DNA from: Geopsychrobacteraceae bacterium
GTDB taxonomy: Bacteria; Desulfobacterota; Desulfuromonadia; Desulfuromonadales; Geopsychrobacteraceae
DNA length: 32,000 nt
Assembly: GCA_963677215.1 (NCBI GenBank)
Contig: OY781919.1
Location: 2,411,877-2,443,876, forward strand
Reading direction: 5' to 3'
In this document: positions 1 through 8,586 of the stretch, piece after piece
Layout of the letters: the number at the start of each line of letters is the position of its first letter
Numbering within the stretch: position 1 is the stretch's first letter
Notes under the pieces: model-generated
What the model saw: the letters and a program-made list of their open reading frames with translations, nothing else
The model's database searches: none
Told to the model about the DNA's origin: nothing
Position numbers and translations under genes: made by a program

Positions 1-1642
1 GGTCTTCAAGGGAGAGGAGTTCGAGCCTGTTGACGCTGTAGCCGGTCATTTTTAGAAAAGTGGGGTTGCCGTAGCGGCAGCGATTATCAAGTACCAGCAG
101 GGTCCCTTCCGTTGTCGCCTCAACGAGCGAGCGATAGCGTTGTTCCGCCAGGCGCAGATCTTCCTGCATATCGAGACGTCGGTTCTCCTGCAAGACACTC
201 TGGCGCACGTTGACGAGCAGAACGATGAGAATCAGGGCAACAATGCCGCTCAGGGTATAGGTCAGTTTTTTTTCAATCTGCCAGATCTCGCGATGAACAT
301 CATCGATGTACATGCCGGTGCCGATAACCCAGTCCCACGGCTCGAATCTGACGACATAGGATTCCTTTGCCGCCAGACGTTCCGGATCATCCTGCCATTG
401 CCAGACATAGGCGGCAAAGCCGCCTCCGTGCTTTCTCACCGTTTCGACAAATTCGACGAAAATGGGGGTGCCGCGGGGATCCTTGAAGCTGGAGAGGTCC
501 TTGCCGTTGAGTTCAGGGCGATAGGGATGCATGATCATGCGTGGCGACAGGTCCTGAATCCAGAAATAGTCCTTACCGTCCTTGCCGAAACGCAGGGCGT
601 TGATGGTCTTGCTCACCCGTTGTTGCGCCTCAGTGCGTGAAACCTTGCCGAGCAGTTCGTCCTGGTGGGCCTCGGCAAGCAGACTCAGGGTTATATTGGT
701 GTATTCCTGAATCATGTTCCGTTTGCGATCGATCAGGATGTTCTCAAGTGACGGGAGGACCATGCCCCAAATGGCGATAACAAAGAGCAGGATCGCCAGG
801 AGTGAGGGCAGGACAATGCGGGGGCGCAGAAAGATCCATGGGGTACGCCGTTTTCTTCGCCTTGTTTCCTGGTGCTGAGATTCAATCTCCACGTCCGCCG
901 GAATTGGGTCATTGCTGAGCGAGCGCACCGTTTGCCGCCAGATTTCACTGGGAATATCGCAGTATAAACTGTCATCGATGTCTGCGACCATCTTATGAAT
1001 GTCGGTCCCGGCACAGACCAGTAACTCATGGTCCTCCAACTGTTTACGTAAGGCTTCTTGTTGTGTCGCTGCTCCGCAGCTGCTGTAGCCCTCAAAGCCG
1101 TCCAGGCCCATCGCCAATAATTCTTCGATGGTTGAGGAAAGGAGATCGAGATCGCTATCGATTACCAGTGGATGAGCGAGGAAGGCCCGACCGCCGCTGC
1201 GATGGATCAGTCCGATGGCCTCTTTGGTTTCGAGATATCCATTCTCAACCACACCGGGCGCCGGTTTTCCGTTTGGGGCAGAGGCCCGCTGCGACGGCAT
1301 TTGCCGTAGCGGTCCCTGCACCCTGGAGCGACGATTGTGCCTGAGATGTTCGAGGGTTGAGAGCAGTTCAGGGTCTGCAGTGTCGATACCGTAGCCGAGC
1401 AGATGGAGCTCTTTGCCATTGTGGAAGCTGGTGATCTCAACGCCGGCGAGAAAGCCGATATGATACCGCTTCAAGGCTTCGTGGAAGCGTGCGACCCCGG
1501 CGACAGAATCATGATCCGTGAGCGCAGCGAATTGCACTTTGGCTTCCGCCAGTTTTTGGGCCAGCAGTTCAGGTGCATACTCGCCGTCGCTGAAGGTTGA
1601 ATGACAGTGAAGGTTGACGCGTATGGTTTCTGTTGGGAACAT
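1..1642 (-). CDS. PHP-domain phosphoesterase fused to TM / single Cache-like / TM / PAS sensor region; C-terminus runs off the left edge
   Basis: Manual reverse-strand translation from ATG at 1642 gives one open frame to the edge (absent from the ORF track because it has no in-window stop). PHP motifs: LHCHSTFSDGEY, LTDHD, GVEITSFH, AFLAHP, CAGTDIHK. Then RIVLPSLLAILLFVIAIWGMVLPSL (TM), Cache-like 'GKDGKDYFWIQDLSPRMIMHPYRPELNGKDLSSFKDPRG...GGGFAAYVWQW...YVVRFEPWDWVIGTGMYIDDV', LTYTLSGIVALILIVLLVNV (TM), PAS-like 'QRYRSLVEATTEGTLLVLDNRCRYGNPTFLKMTGYSV'. Confidence 0.85.
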   Translation of the reverse strand, partial: MFPTETIRVNLHCHSTFSDGEYAPELLAQKLAEAKVQFAALTDHDSVAGVARFHEALKRYHIGFLAGVEITSFHNGKELHLLGYGIDTADPELLSTLEHLRHNRRSRVQGPLRQMPSQRASAPNGKPAPGVVENGYLETKEAIGLIHRSGGRAFLAHPLVIDSDLDLLSSTIEELLAMGLDGFEGYSSCGAATQQEALRKQLEDHELLVCAGTDIHKMVADIDDSLYCDIPSEIWRQTVRSLSNDPIPADVEIESQHQETRRRKRRTPWIFLRPRIVLPSLLAILLFVIAIWGMVLPSLENILIDRKRNMIQEYTNITLSLLAEAHQDELLGKVSRTEAQQRVSKTINALRFGKDGKDYFWIQDLSPRMIMHPYRPELNGKDLSSFKDPRGTPIFVEFVETVRKHGGGFAAYVWQWQDDPERLAAKESYVVRFEPWDWVIGTGMYIDDVHREIWQIEKKLTYTLSGIVALILIVLLVNVRQSVLQENRRLDMQEDLRLAEQRYRSLVEATTEGTLLVLDNRCRYGNPTFLKMTGYSVNRLELLSLED

Positions 1643-1796
1643 CGAGTACCCCGTAAACTATTAAATTTCTTCTCTTGCTGGAGTGCTAAAACTCTATGCG
1701 GTCATCCACCCACAAGGATACCTGGCACTGTAGTCGCAGGATCATAAGGAGCCTGTAATATTGTAACAAAAATACCGTACAGAGGTTCTTCACGAC

Positions 1797-1831
1797 ACAT
1801 CGCCGGTCTGCATACGCAGGACCGGCGATGT
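1797..1831 (-). terminator. Perfect 12-bp inverted repeat ACATCGCCGGTC / GACCGGCGATGT downstream of the actP-like gene
   Basis: Direct inverted-repeat match, 55 bp past the actP-like stop at 1886; no strong T-tract on either strand, so the terminator role is inferred. Confidence 0.5.
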
Positions 1832-1885
1832 CCTCTTCCCTAGCGTGAGTCAAGTGACTGTGGTCGAACGGGTATTACAGCGGCA

Positions 1886-3604
1886 TCAGTCGTTATCGGG
1901 TTGATGCGCAATGGCCATGAATTTATCCGGATCATCGCCGGTGTCACTGGTTAGTGCGGTAACGACAAGCAGGACGATGGCGGAAGCGATGACACCGAAG
2001 AGCCCTGGTCCGCCGCCGACAGGCAAGCCGACAATGGTGTAACCGGGACCTTTGGCGAAGAGCAGAATAATGAAGATCACAGAGACGACGAGTCCGGTGA
2101 GGATACTGGCCATGATCGCCTGTTTCGTGGCGCGTCTCCACCAGAGTGTTGCGCACATGGCCGGGAAGACGGCGCTTGCGGCGATACCGAAGGCCAGCAT
2201 GACGAGCCAGGCTATATTTTCACCCTTCAGAAAGACGGCCAGGCAGACGGCAATTGCGGACATGGCCAGGGTGGTGAGCTTGGCGATGCCGAGTTCCTGT
2301 TTCTCGGTGGCATTCCTGTTGATGTAGACCTTGTAGAGATCGTGACTGACCGAAGAGGCCACGGTGATCATGAGTCCGGCTGAGGTGGAGAGGATCGCCG
2401 CGACGGCGCCAGCGGCACCGACAGCCATCAGCCAGGTGCCACCGACACGGAAGCTCATTTCAAGAACGGCCATATTTTTGGCCAGGCCGACACCGAGTGT
2501 GCCCTGTGATATCCAGGTGACCAGTTTTGGATAGATACCGGGGAAGAGCAGGAAGCCGAGGATGATGGCTGCCAGGTAGAAGAGCCCGAGAGCGACGATA
2601 CAGAGGGCGACGCTCTTTTTGGCAGCTTTGGCACTTGGAACGGTGAAGAACATGATGAGGATATGCGGCAGACCGGCGGTTCCGAAGACCAGGGCGACAA
2701 CCGTGGAAATCATGGCCAGGGTGCTGGACGTCTTGACGCCGATGGTCATGGCACTCTTGGCATCAGGCATCATTTGGCGGGCAACCTCGATGGCCTGGTC
2801 CGGAGGCAGGTTCCTGATGGCTTCGACTACGGCCATGTCCTTGCCGGCCAGCAGCGGCGGCACGATCTCTTTGGCCATTTCAAAAATCTGCAGGAAGTTG
2901 CCGTGCCCCACTTTAAAAAAGGCCAGGGTGATCAGAACGACCATCGTACCCCAGAGAAACAGGGCCTGGACAACCTGATTGTACAGGGTGGCCTTCATGC
3001 CACCGAAAATGATGTAGATACACATCAGAATGCCGAGGCCGATGGTCACCCAAACGAAGTTCCAGTGCAGCAGAAGTTCGAAGAGCAGGCCGGCACCGAG
3101 CATCTGCGGAACCAGGTAGAAGGTTGAGATGATGACTGTACAAAGCATGACGCACAGCTTGATGCGATCATCGTTGAAACGACTGTTCAGGGCTCCGGCA
3201 ACGGTAAAGGAACCGATGTTGCGCAAGGGGCCTGCAATAAGCAGCAGAACGGCCATATAACCGCCGAAGAAGCCAATGGAGAGCCAGATGGAGTCGAGGC
3301 CGTAAACGCCGATATCGCCTGCGCAACCGAGGAAGCTGGCAGCGGAAAGATAGCTGCCGGTCATGGCGATACCGACCTGAACCCAGGGTACGCCCTTGCC
3401 GGCAACATAGAAGTCACTGGTGGATTTCATGGTGCGGCTTGTCCACCAGGTAATGACGATACTGACAAGGACGAAGAACAGAATAAAGCCAACGACGATG
3501 GGGATGTTCAAAGTCGCCTCTTCTTGTCCAGGGGCTGCAAAGGCTTGCAGCGGAGAGCTCAGGGCAACGATTAGAAAGGCAAATTGTCTAAGAGCTTTTG
3601 GCAT
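1886..3604 (-). CDS. actP: Sodium:solute symporter family, ActP-like cation/acetate symporter
   Basis: ORF 1886..3739 with likely start at internal ATG 3604 (MPKALRQFAFLIVALSSPLQAFAAPG... signal-like N-terminus); 'TSDFYVAGKGVPWVQVGIAMTGSYLSAASFLG' and 'MFFTVPSAKAAKKSV' are typical of ActP-like SSS transporters. Confidence 0.85.
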   Translation of the reverse strand: MPKALRQFAFLIVALSSPLQAFAAPGQEEATLNIPIVVGFILFFVLVSIVITWWTSRTMKSTSDFYVAGKGVPWVQVGIAMTGSYLSAASFLGCAGDIGVYGLDSIWLSIGFFGGYMAVLLLIAGPLRNIGSFTVAGALNSRFNDDRIKLCVMLCTVIISTFYLVPQMLGAGLLFELLLHWNFVWVTIGLGILMCIYIIFGGMKATLYNQVVQALFLWGTMVVLITLAFFKVGHGNFLQIFEMAKEIVPPLLAGKDMAVVEAIRNLPPDQAIEVARQMMPDAKSAMTIGVKTSSTLAMISTVVALVFGTAGLPHILIMFFTVPSAKAAKKSVALCIVALGLFYLAAIILGFLLFPGIYPKLVTWISQGTLGVGLAKNMAVLEMSFRVGGTWLMAVGAAGAVAAILSTSAGLMITVASSVSHDLYKVYINRNATEKQELGIAKLTTLAMSAIAVCLAVFLKGENIAWLVMLAFGIAASAVFPAMCATLWWRRATKQAIMASILTGLVVSVIFIILLFAKGPGYTIVGLPVGGGPGLFGVIASAIVLLVVTALTSDTGDDPDKFMAIAHQPDND

Positions 3605-3837
3605 TATTTTGACCTCCAGAACCAAATGATCATGATGATCCATGAGACGGGAAAAACGAGCAAGGAAAGCAGTACTCCAAGTGGCAGCCCGAGTACGGGT
3701 AGGTAGGCAATATCCTTGAACGTCGGCGTCTGGATACATGCCGAAACCAGGTAGAAAATAAAAAAGATGAAAAACAAACTGAAATTGAATAACGCCTTTT
3801 TCTTTAATGCATTATTGGATGCTGAACCAGGTGTCAT
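3604..3837 (-). CDS. Small two-TM membrane protein, DUF485 (YjcH-like) partner of the acetate symporter
   Basis: MTPGSASNNALKKKALFNFSLFFIFFIFYLVSACIQTP...LPLGVLLSLLVFPVSWIIMIIWFWRSK; start at 3837 preceded by AGGAGGAATT; stop overlaps the actP-like start (TAATG); location upstream of an ActP-like gene. Confidence 0.7.
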   Translation of the reverse strand: MTPGSASNNALKKKALFNFSLFFIFFIFYLVSACIQTPTFKDIAYLPVLGLPLGVLLSLLVFPVSWIIMIIWFWRSK

Positions 3838-4124
3838 AATTCCTCCGTTAGTAATAATTGTTTTCCAACTTAATGAATTATCTAGTTCCAACAGGAAGAG
3901 GCCTTAATACTTTACCGGAAAATTTAAAGTTTACAGGGGAAATGTTGATCTAGGTTTAAGAATTGTAAAGATAATCCGGAGGTTTGAGGCTTATTAACTA
4001 CTCAATGGTAAAAAAGTAGATTAGTGGTAATGGGGATTTGATGCAGATTTTGGATGTGCCACACCGAGATACGTTCTGTAATAACGCCCTCGTGACCTTG
4101 TTGTACGGAAATGTGTTTATGCAG

Positions 4125-4155
4125 AAATGGCCTCTCATGTGGTGAGAGGCCATTT
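4125..4155 (-). terminator. Perfect 13-bp stem (AAATGGCCTCTCA / TGAGAGGCCATTT), 5-nt loop; probable terminator of the 4240-5472 gene
   Basis: Direct inverted repeat 4125-4137 and 4143-4155, located 85 bp downstream of the minus-strand stop at 4240. Confidence 0.6.
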
Positions 4156-4239
4156 GTTGTAGTGTATTTACCCTCGTTAAGTACGGTGGTAACGTCTTTA
4201 TATTGTTTTCTTGTGCGGTATGGGTATCTGTGTGCTCAT

Positions 4240-5472
4240 CTACGTCTTAAAGTTAATATCAAAGGGGTATCCTGGATTAGAAATAATATTTTTCAGGGTT
4301 TTGAGGCTGGTTTCAAAGCTATTGTCATTGTTGAAAATTGTATATTCGGTCGGGCACTGTCTGGAAAAATGTTCAAACATCATCTGATCATATAACCGAT
4401 GCCCGGCGGCCGTAATTTCCTGCTTTCGGCCTTGGATTGTTTCATAGCTGGCAATGCAATGGATTGTCGGTGTTCTTTGGCCCAGAAAGTTTGAAACCGG
4501 ATAGAATTTTGACCAGCGTGGCTTGTCTGTCTGGCGGTGCAGACATAAAAAATCAGCCAGGCTGCGGTCATAAATCATAATCTTTTTACGGTTTGAAAGT
4601 TTTTTCAGTGTGAGCCCCAGGCAGGCACGCAGATAGATCAGTCCGGAAAACCTTTCATCAAACAGATCCCGGTTGGGGAAGATCGGATGTAACAGAAGTA
4701 ACGATATTTTGTAGAGCATGGATAGGCGGTAGAGGCGTTTTCCGCGAAAAGATTTGGCAGGTGGGGAGGTTCTCTTGGCCAATGCCATTACCAGGGAGGT
4801 TTTCCCGACCCCGTCACAGCCCATGATACACAGCATGTTTCGACCACCCTGCAATCGCTTTCGGCAGTTATTTCTCAAGGGAGTTTGCTTCGGAGGCAGG
4901 GCTGCTAAAATCAATGTCAATGTTTTCTGCAGATCCTGCTTGTTCACCTGCCCATTTTCAACCGTCCGTTGCAGAGCTTCCAGGACCAGAGTTTCGCTGC
5001 ACCTGCCCAGATAATCTTCCAGTCTCTGGTGGATGTAATTCAAGGACAGGTCTTTATTCTTTAGCGCTAGATGGTGCAGGTAAATACTGGCTTCAATATC
5101 AACCTTAATGCGGCAGATAGAGAGATCATCGTTGTTTTCGGCAGCTGCTTGCAATGCCTCATAGGTCAGGGGAACTTTTGTCCCGAACAGTTGAGGAAGA
5201 ACATACCACAGATCGAGCCTCAGGCTCTTCAGCCCGTCCCGTGAATATAAAGTCAGCATTTTTTTGCCAAATTTTCGGGCTCCGATGTGGGCGTGACAAT
5301 AACCTTTTTTGACCCAGGTGTAGGCCTCAGCAGTTAGCGCATTTATCGATTCTTCACTGGCCAGGAAATCAATATCGCCACGGTTGATGTCAGCAGCGGA
5401 AATAAGGTCTCCGCGTAGTTGAATCAACCGCCAGGGGCCTGACAGAATGTTGCTGATACATTTTTCTATCAT
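4240..5472 (-). CDS. Orphan protein: N-terminal nucleotidyltransferase-like region plus C-terminal thymidylate-kinase-like P-loop domain
   Basis: Walker A 'MLCIMGCDGVGKTSLVMALAKR', TMPK-like 'IMIYDRSLADFLCLHR'; N-terminal 'LRGDLISAADINRGDIDFL ... LRLDLWYVLP' resembles NTase-fold acidic motifs. Confidence 0.6.
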   Translation of the reverse strand: MIEKCISNILSGPWRLIQLRGDLISAADINRGDIDFLASEESINALTAEAYTWVKKGYCHAHIGARKFGKKMLTLYSRDGLKSLRLDLWYVLPQLFGTKVPLTYEALQAAAENNDDLSICRIKVDIEASIYLHHLALKNKDLSLNYIHQRLEDYLGRCSETLVLEALQRTVENGQVNKQDLQKTLTLILAALPPKQTPLRNNCRKRLQGGRNMLCIMGCDGVGKTSLVMALAKRTSPPAKSFRGKRLYRLSMLYKISLLLLHPIFPNRDLFDERFSGLIYLRACLGLTLKKLSNRKKIMIYDRSLADFLCLHRQTDKPRWSKFYPVSNFLGQRTPTIHCIASYETIQGRKQEITAAGHRLYDQMMFEHFSRQCPTEYTIFNNDNSFETSLKTLKNIISNPGYPFDINFKT

Positions 5473-5673
5473 ACGGATAACCTGTCCATTTTATCAATGT
5501 TGCACAAATGTATAATGACCAACAGAAGCATTCCGTTGGTGCAGGACGAGATAAAACAATAGCACCCTGTCGCTAAACAGAGTGCTATTACCAATCCTCA
5601 ATTCGTCATATTGCACAGTCCATGATTTTTGAAAGTTCGAATATCGCGCAATCAACTTGGGTGTCGTGACCGA

Positions 5674-7350
5674 TCACTGACGGGTCAACGACCGGTACCT
5701 GATCCGGTGCGGCTGATCGGCGTCACGGCCCAGGCGGCGTTTGCGGTCTTCTTCGTATTCGGAGTAGTTGCCTTCGAACCAGACAACCTGGGAATCCCCT
5801 TCAAAGGCCAGCATGTGGGTAGCGATGCGGTCGAGGAACCAGCGGTCGTGGCTGATGACCACGGCGCAGCCGCCGTAGTTTTCCAGACCTTCTTCAAGAG
5901 CGCGCAGGGTGTTGACGTCGAGATCGTTGGTCGGTTCGTCAAGCAGCAGGACGTTGGCTTCTTCGCGCAGCATCTTGGCCAGGTGGACGCGGTTACGCTC
6001 GCCACCGGAGAGGACGCCGACCTTCTTCTGTTGATCGGAGCCGGAGAAGTTGAAGCGGGCCACATAGGCGCGCGAGTTGAGCGATTTGCCACCCATGACG
6101 ATGGTGTCCTGACCACCGCAGACCTCTTCCCAGATGGTCTTGTTGCTGTCGAGTTCACGCCCCTGATCGACGTAGCCTAGCTTGACCGTTTCGCCAACCT
6201 TGAAGCTGCCGGCATCCGGCTGTTCCTGGCCGGTGATCATCTTGAACAGGGTCGACTTACCGGCGCCGTTGGGGCCGATGACGCCGACGATCCCGCCAGG
6301 AGGCAGGTTGAAGGTCAGGTCGTCGATCAGCAGCCGCTCACCGAAGCCTTTGCTGATCTCCTTGGCCTCAACAACGATGTTACCCAGACGTGGTCCCGGC
6401 GGAATGAACAGCTCGAGGGTCTGCTCCTTGGCCAGGCCTTCGTTGCCGAGCAGCTTCTCATAGGAGTTTATGCGGGCCTGGGATTTGGCGTGACGCCCTT
6501 TAGGCGACATGCGAATCCACTCGAGCTCACGCTGCAGGGTCTGCTGACGTTTGCTCTCGGCTTTTTCTTCCTTGCGCAGACGTTCCTGCTTCTGTTCCAG
6601 CCAGCTGGAGTAGTTGCCCTTCCATGGAATTCCGTGGCCGCGGTCAAGTTCAAGAATCCAGCCGGCGACGTTGTCAAGGAAGTAACGGTCGTGGGTGACC
6701 GCGATGACGGTGCCTTGGTAGCGCTGCAGGTGCTGCTCCAGCCAGGCGACGGTTTCGGCGTCCAGGTGGTTGGTGGGCTCATCCAAAAGCAGGATATCCG
6801 GTTTGTTCAGAAGCAAACGGCAGAGGGCGACGCGGCGTTTTTCACCACCGGAGAGGTTCTTGACCGGGGTCTCAGGCGGCGGGCAGCGCAGTGCTTCTTC
6901 TGCCAGTTCCAGGCGGGAGTCGAGCTCCCAGGCGTCGGCGGCGTCCAGTTTGTCCTGCACTACGGCCTGGCGGGCGAGCAGCTTGTCCATGTCGCAGTCT
7001 GGGTCGGCAAAAGCGTTGTTGATCTCCTCGAATTCGGCGAGCAGATCGACGACCTCCTGAACCCCTTCCTTTACAACTTCACGGACGGTCTTGCTGTCGT
7101 CGAGCTGTGGTTCCTGCTCCAGGTAGCCGACGCTGTAACCCTCGGAGAGTACGGCTTCTCCCTGAAATTCCTTGTCGACACCGGCCATGATTTTCAGCAG
7201 GGTCGACTTACCGGAACCGTTGAGACCTAAGACGCCGATCTTGGCACCGTAGAAGTAGGAGAGGGAGATGTCCTTGATGATCGGCTGTTTGTTGTAGCTC
7301 TTGCTGACCTTCATCATGGAGTAGATGACTTTTTTTGTGTCTTCGCTCAT
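5674..7350 (-). CDS. ettA: Energy-dependent translational throttle protein EttA (ABC-F ATPase)
   Basis: 558 aa with two ABC domains ([18 protein letters not shown]; [16 protein letters not shown]) and the EttA-type N-terminus '[36 protein letters not shown]'. Confidence 0.95.
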   Translation of the reverse strand: MSEDTKKVIYSMMKVSKSYNKQPIIKDISLSYFYGAKIGVLGLNGSGKSTLLKIMAGVDKEFQGEAVLSEGYSVGYLEQEPQLDDSKTVREVVKEGVQEVVDLLAEFEEINNAFADPDCDMDKLLARQAVVQDKLDAADAWELDSRLELAEEALRCPPPETPVKNLSGGEKRRVALCRLLLNKPDILLLDEPTNHLDAETVAWLEQHLQRYQGTVIAVTHDRYFLDNVAGWILELDRGHGIPWKGNYSSWLEQKQERLRKEEKAESKRQQTLQRELEWIRMSPKGRHAKSQARINSYEKLLGNEGLAKEQTLELFIPPGPRLGNIVVEAKEISKGFGERLLIDDLTFNLPPGGIVGVIGPNGAGKSTLFKMITGQEQPDAGSFKVGETVKLGYVDQGRELDSNKTIWEEVCGGQDTIVMGGKSLNSRAYVARFNFSGSDQQKKVGVLSGGERNRVHLAKMLREEANVLLLDEPTNDLDVNTLRALEEGLENYGGCAVVISHDRWFLDRIATHMLAFEGDSQVVWFEGNYSEYEEDRKRRLGRDADQPHRIRYRSLTRQ

Positions 7351-7437
7351 GCCTGACCTTTAATGGTATTGATTATATGGTTGATTCAGGTACTGAAAAG
7401 AGTCTGTATAGCATCGCCGGAGGGCTTGCTGCAAGTC

Positions 7438-8586
7438 TCACTTTGGCTGACTGAGCTGTTCCCGGGCGTTCTCTTCCATCTGTTCTATGGCAATGAGAAA
7501 CGATTCGGTCAGTTGCGGGTGAAGCAGTTGCCCGCTGCTCTCGGTCATGATCTGCTTGATCTGGGCAAAGGTCAGCGGCTCCCTGTAGGTCCGTCTGGTA
7601 CGCAGCGCGTCATAAACGTCGGAGATGGTCGTCATGTAACTGCAGGTATTGAGTTGCCAATGGTCCGGAGTCTGGGGATAGCCTTTGCCGTTGTAGCCGA
7701 TATGGTGTTCGTAGGCGTTGACCACGGCCAGCTTCGGCGCGCCCGGGCAGCGCAACAGATATTCGGCGCCAAGTTGCGGGTGACGTTGCATCTGGGCCCA
7801 CTCTTGAGGATCCAGCTTGGTTTGCTTGTTGAGAATGTCCGGTGAAATGAACATCTTACCGACATCGTGGAGCATCGCTGCGATGCCGATCTGATTGAGG
7901 ATCTGGCCTTCAAAGCCGAGCAGCCGGGCCTGCGCCAGATTGAGCAGGCAGATGTTGGTTGAGTGGATGTAGGCATATTCATCCATGGAGCGCAGCGGTG
8001 CCAGGGCCAGCAGGGCCGAGCTGTGGGTGCTGAAGGCTGAGACAAAATCGTTGACCAGCTCAGAGATCCCGCCGATGTCGACATGTTTGCTGCGGCCGGC
8101 GGAAGCCTGAACCTCGTAAAACCGGTCTTCACCGTGCAGGCGGATTTCTGCCGCTGTTTCGGCCTGGGGAGAGGGGGGCTTCTGTCTGCTGCGCACGGCA
8201 ACACGGCCAAAACGGATGTGTTCCGTTTTTCTCGGTTCTACTTTGCGGCTGTGCTTGCTCAGGGTTGTCGCCAGTCTGATCATCTCTTCACTAGAGACCC
8301 CGGAGCTGATTTCCAGAAAGCTGATCTGCTGGGCTGTCAGGGTTTCAATCAGCCGGTCTGTCATCATGTTGCGCGGCACCGGCTGGTCATTGAAGATCAG
8401 CTCGTTGTTGACTATCTTGAAAGTGACCATACTGTGATCATTCATCAGCAGGCGCATTTCTTCGCGAGCCTGCTGGCAGAGGTGATGGACCTGAGGGTGC
8501 TCGCTGTCGTAGAGGGAGATATTGGCCGCCGCAGTTGTGATCTGGCGGATAAAGGCGGCCAGGTATTTCTGTTCCTTGAACGTCAT
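7438..8586 (-). CDS. HD-GYP-like phosphohydrolase, module copy 1 (HD1)
   Basis: C-terminal domain: YAYIHSTNICLLNLAQARLLG, AAMLHDVGKMFISPDILNK, RHPQLGAEYL, AYEHHIGYNGKGYP, TISDVYDALRTRRTYREPLT. N-terminal ~120 aa is a separate domain shared with the neighbouring genes. Confidence 0.85.
   Translation of the reverse strand: MTFKEQKYLAAFIRQITTAAANISLYDSEHPQVHHLCQQAREEMRLLMNDHSMVTFKIVNNELIFNDQPVPRNMMTDRLIETLTAQQISFLEISSGVSSEEMIRLATTLSKHSRKVEPRKTEHIRFGRVAVRSRQKPPSPQAETAAEIRLHGEDRFYEVQASAGRSKHVDIGGISELVNDFVSAFSTHSSALLALAPLRSMDEYAYIHSTNICLLNLAQARLLGFEGQILNQIGIAAMLHDVGKMFISPDILNKQTKLDPQEWAQMQRHPQLGAEYLLRCPGAPKLAVVNAYEHHIGYNGKGYPQTPDHWQLNTCSYMTTISDVYDALRTRRTYREPLTFAQIKQIMTESSGQLLHPQLTESFLIAIEQMEENAREQLSQPK

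Noticed and set aside
5518-5540. Imperfect dyad ACCAACaGAAgcaTTCcGTTGGT between the orphan gene and ettA
   Set aside because: Short and interrupted, no T-tract; too weak to call a terminator or operator.
5629-7230. Plus-strand ORFs of 183 and 246 aa within ettA
   Set aside because: Antisense to the conserved ABC-F ATPase; no independent support.
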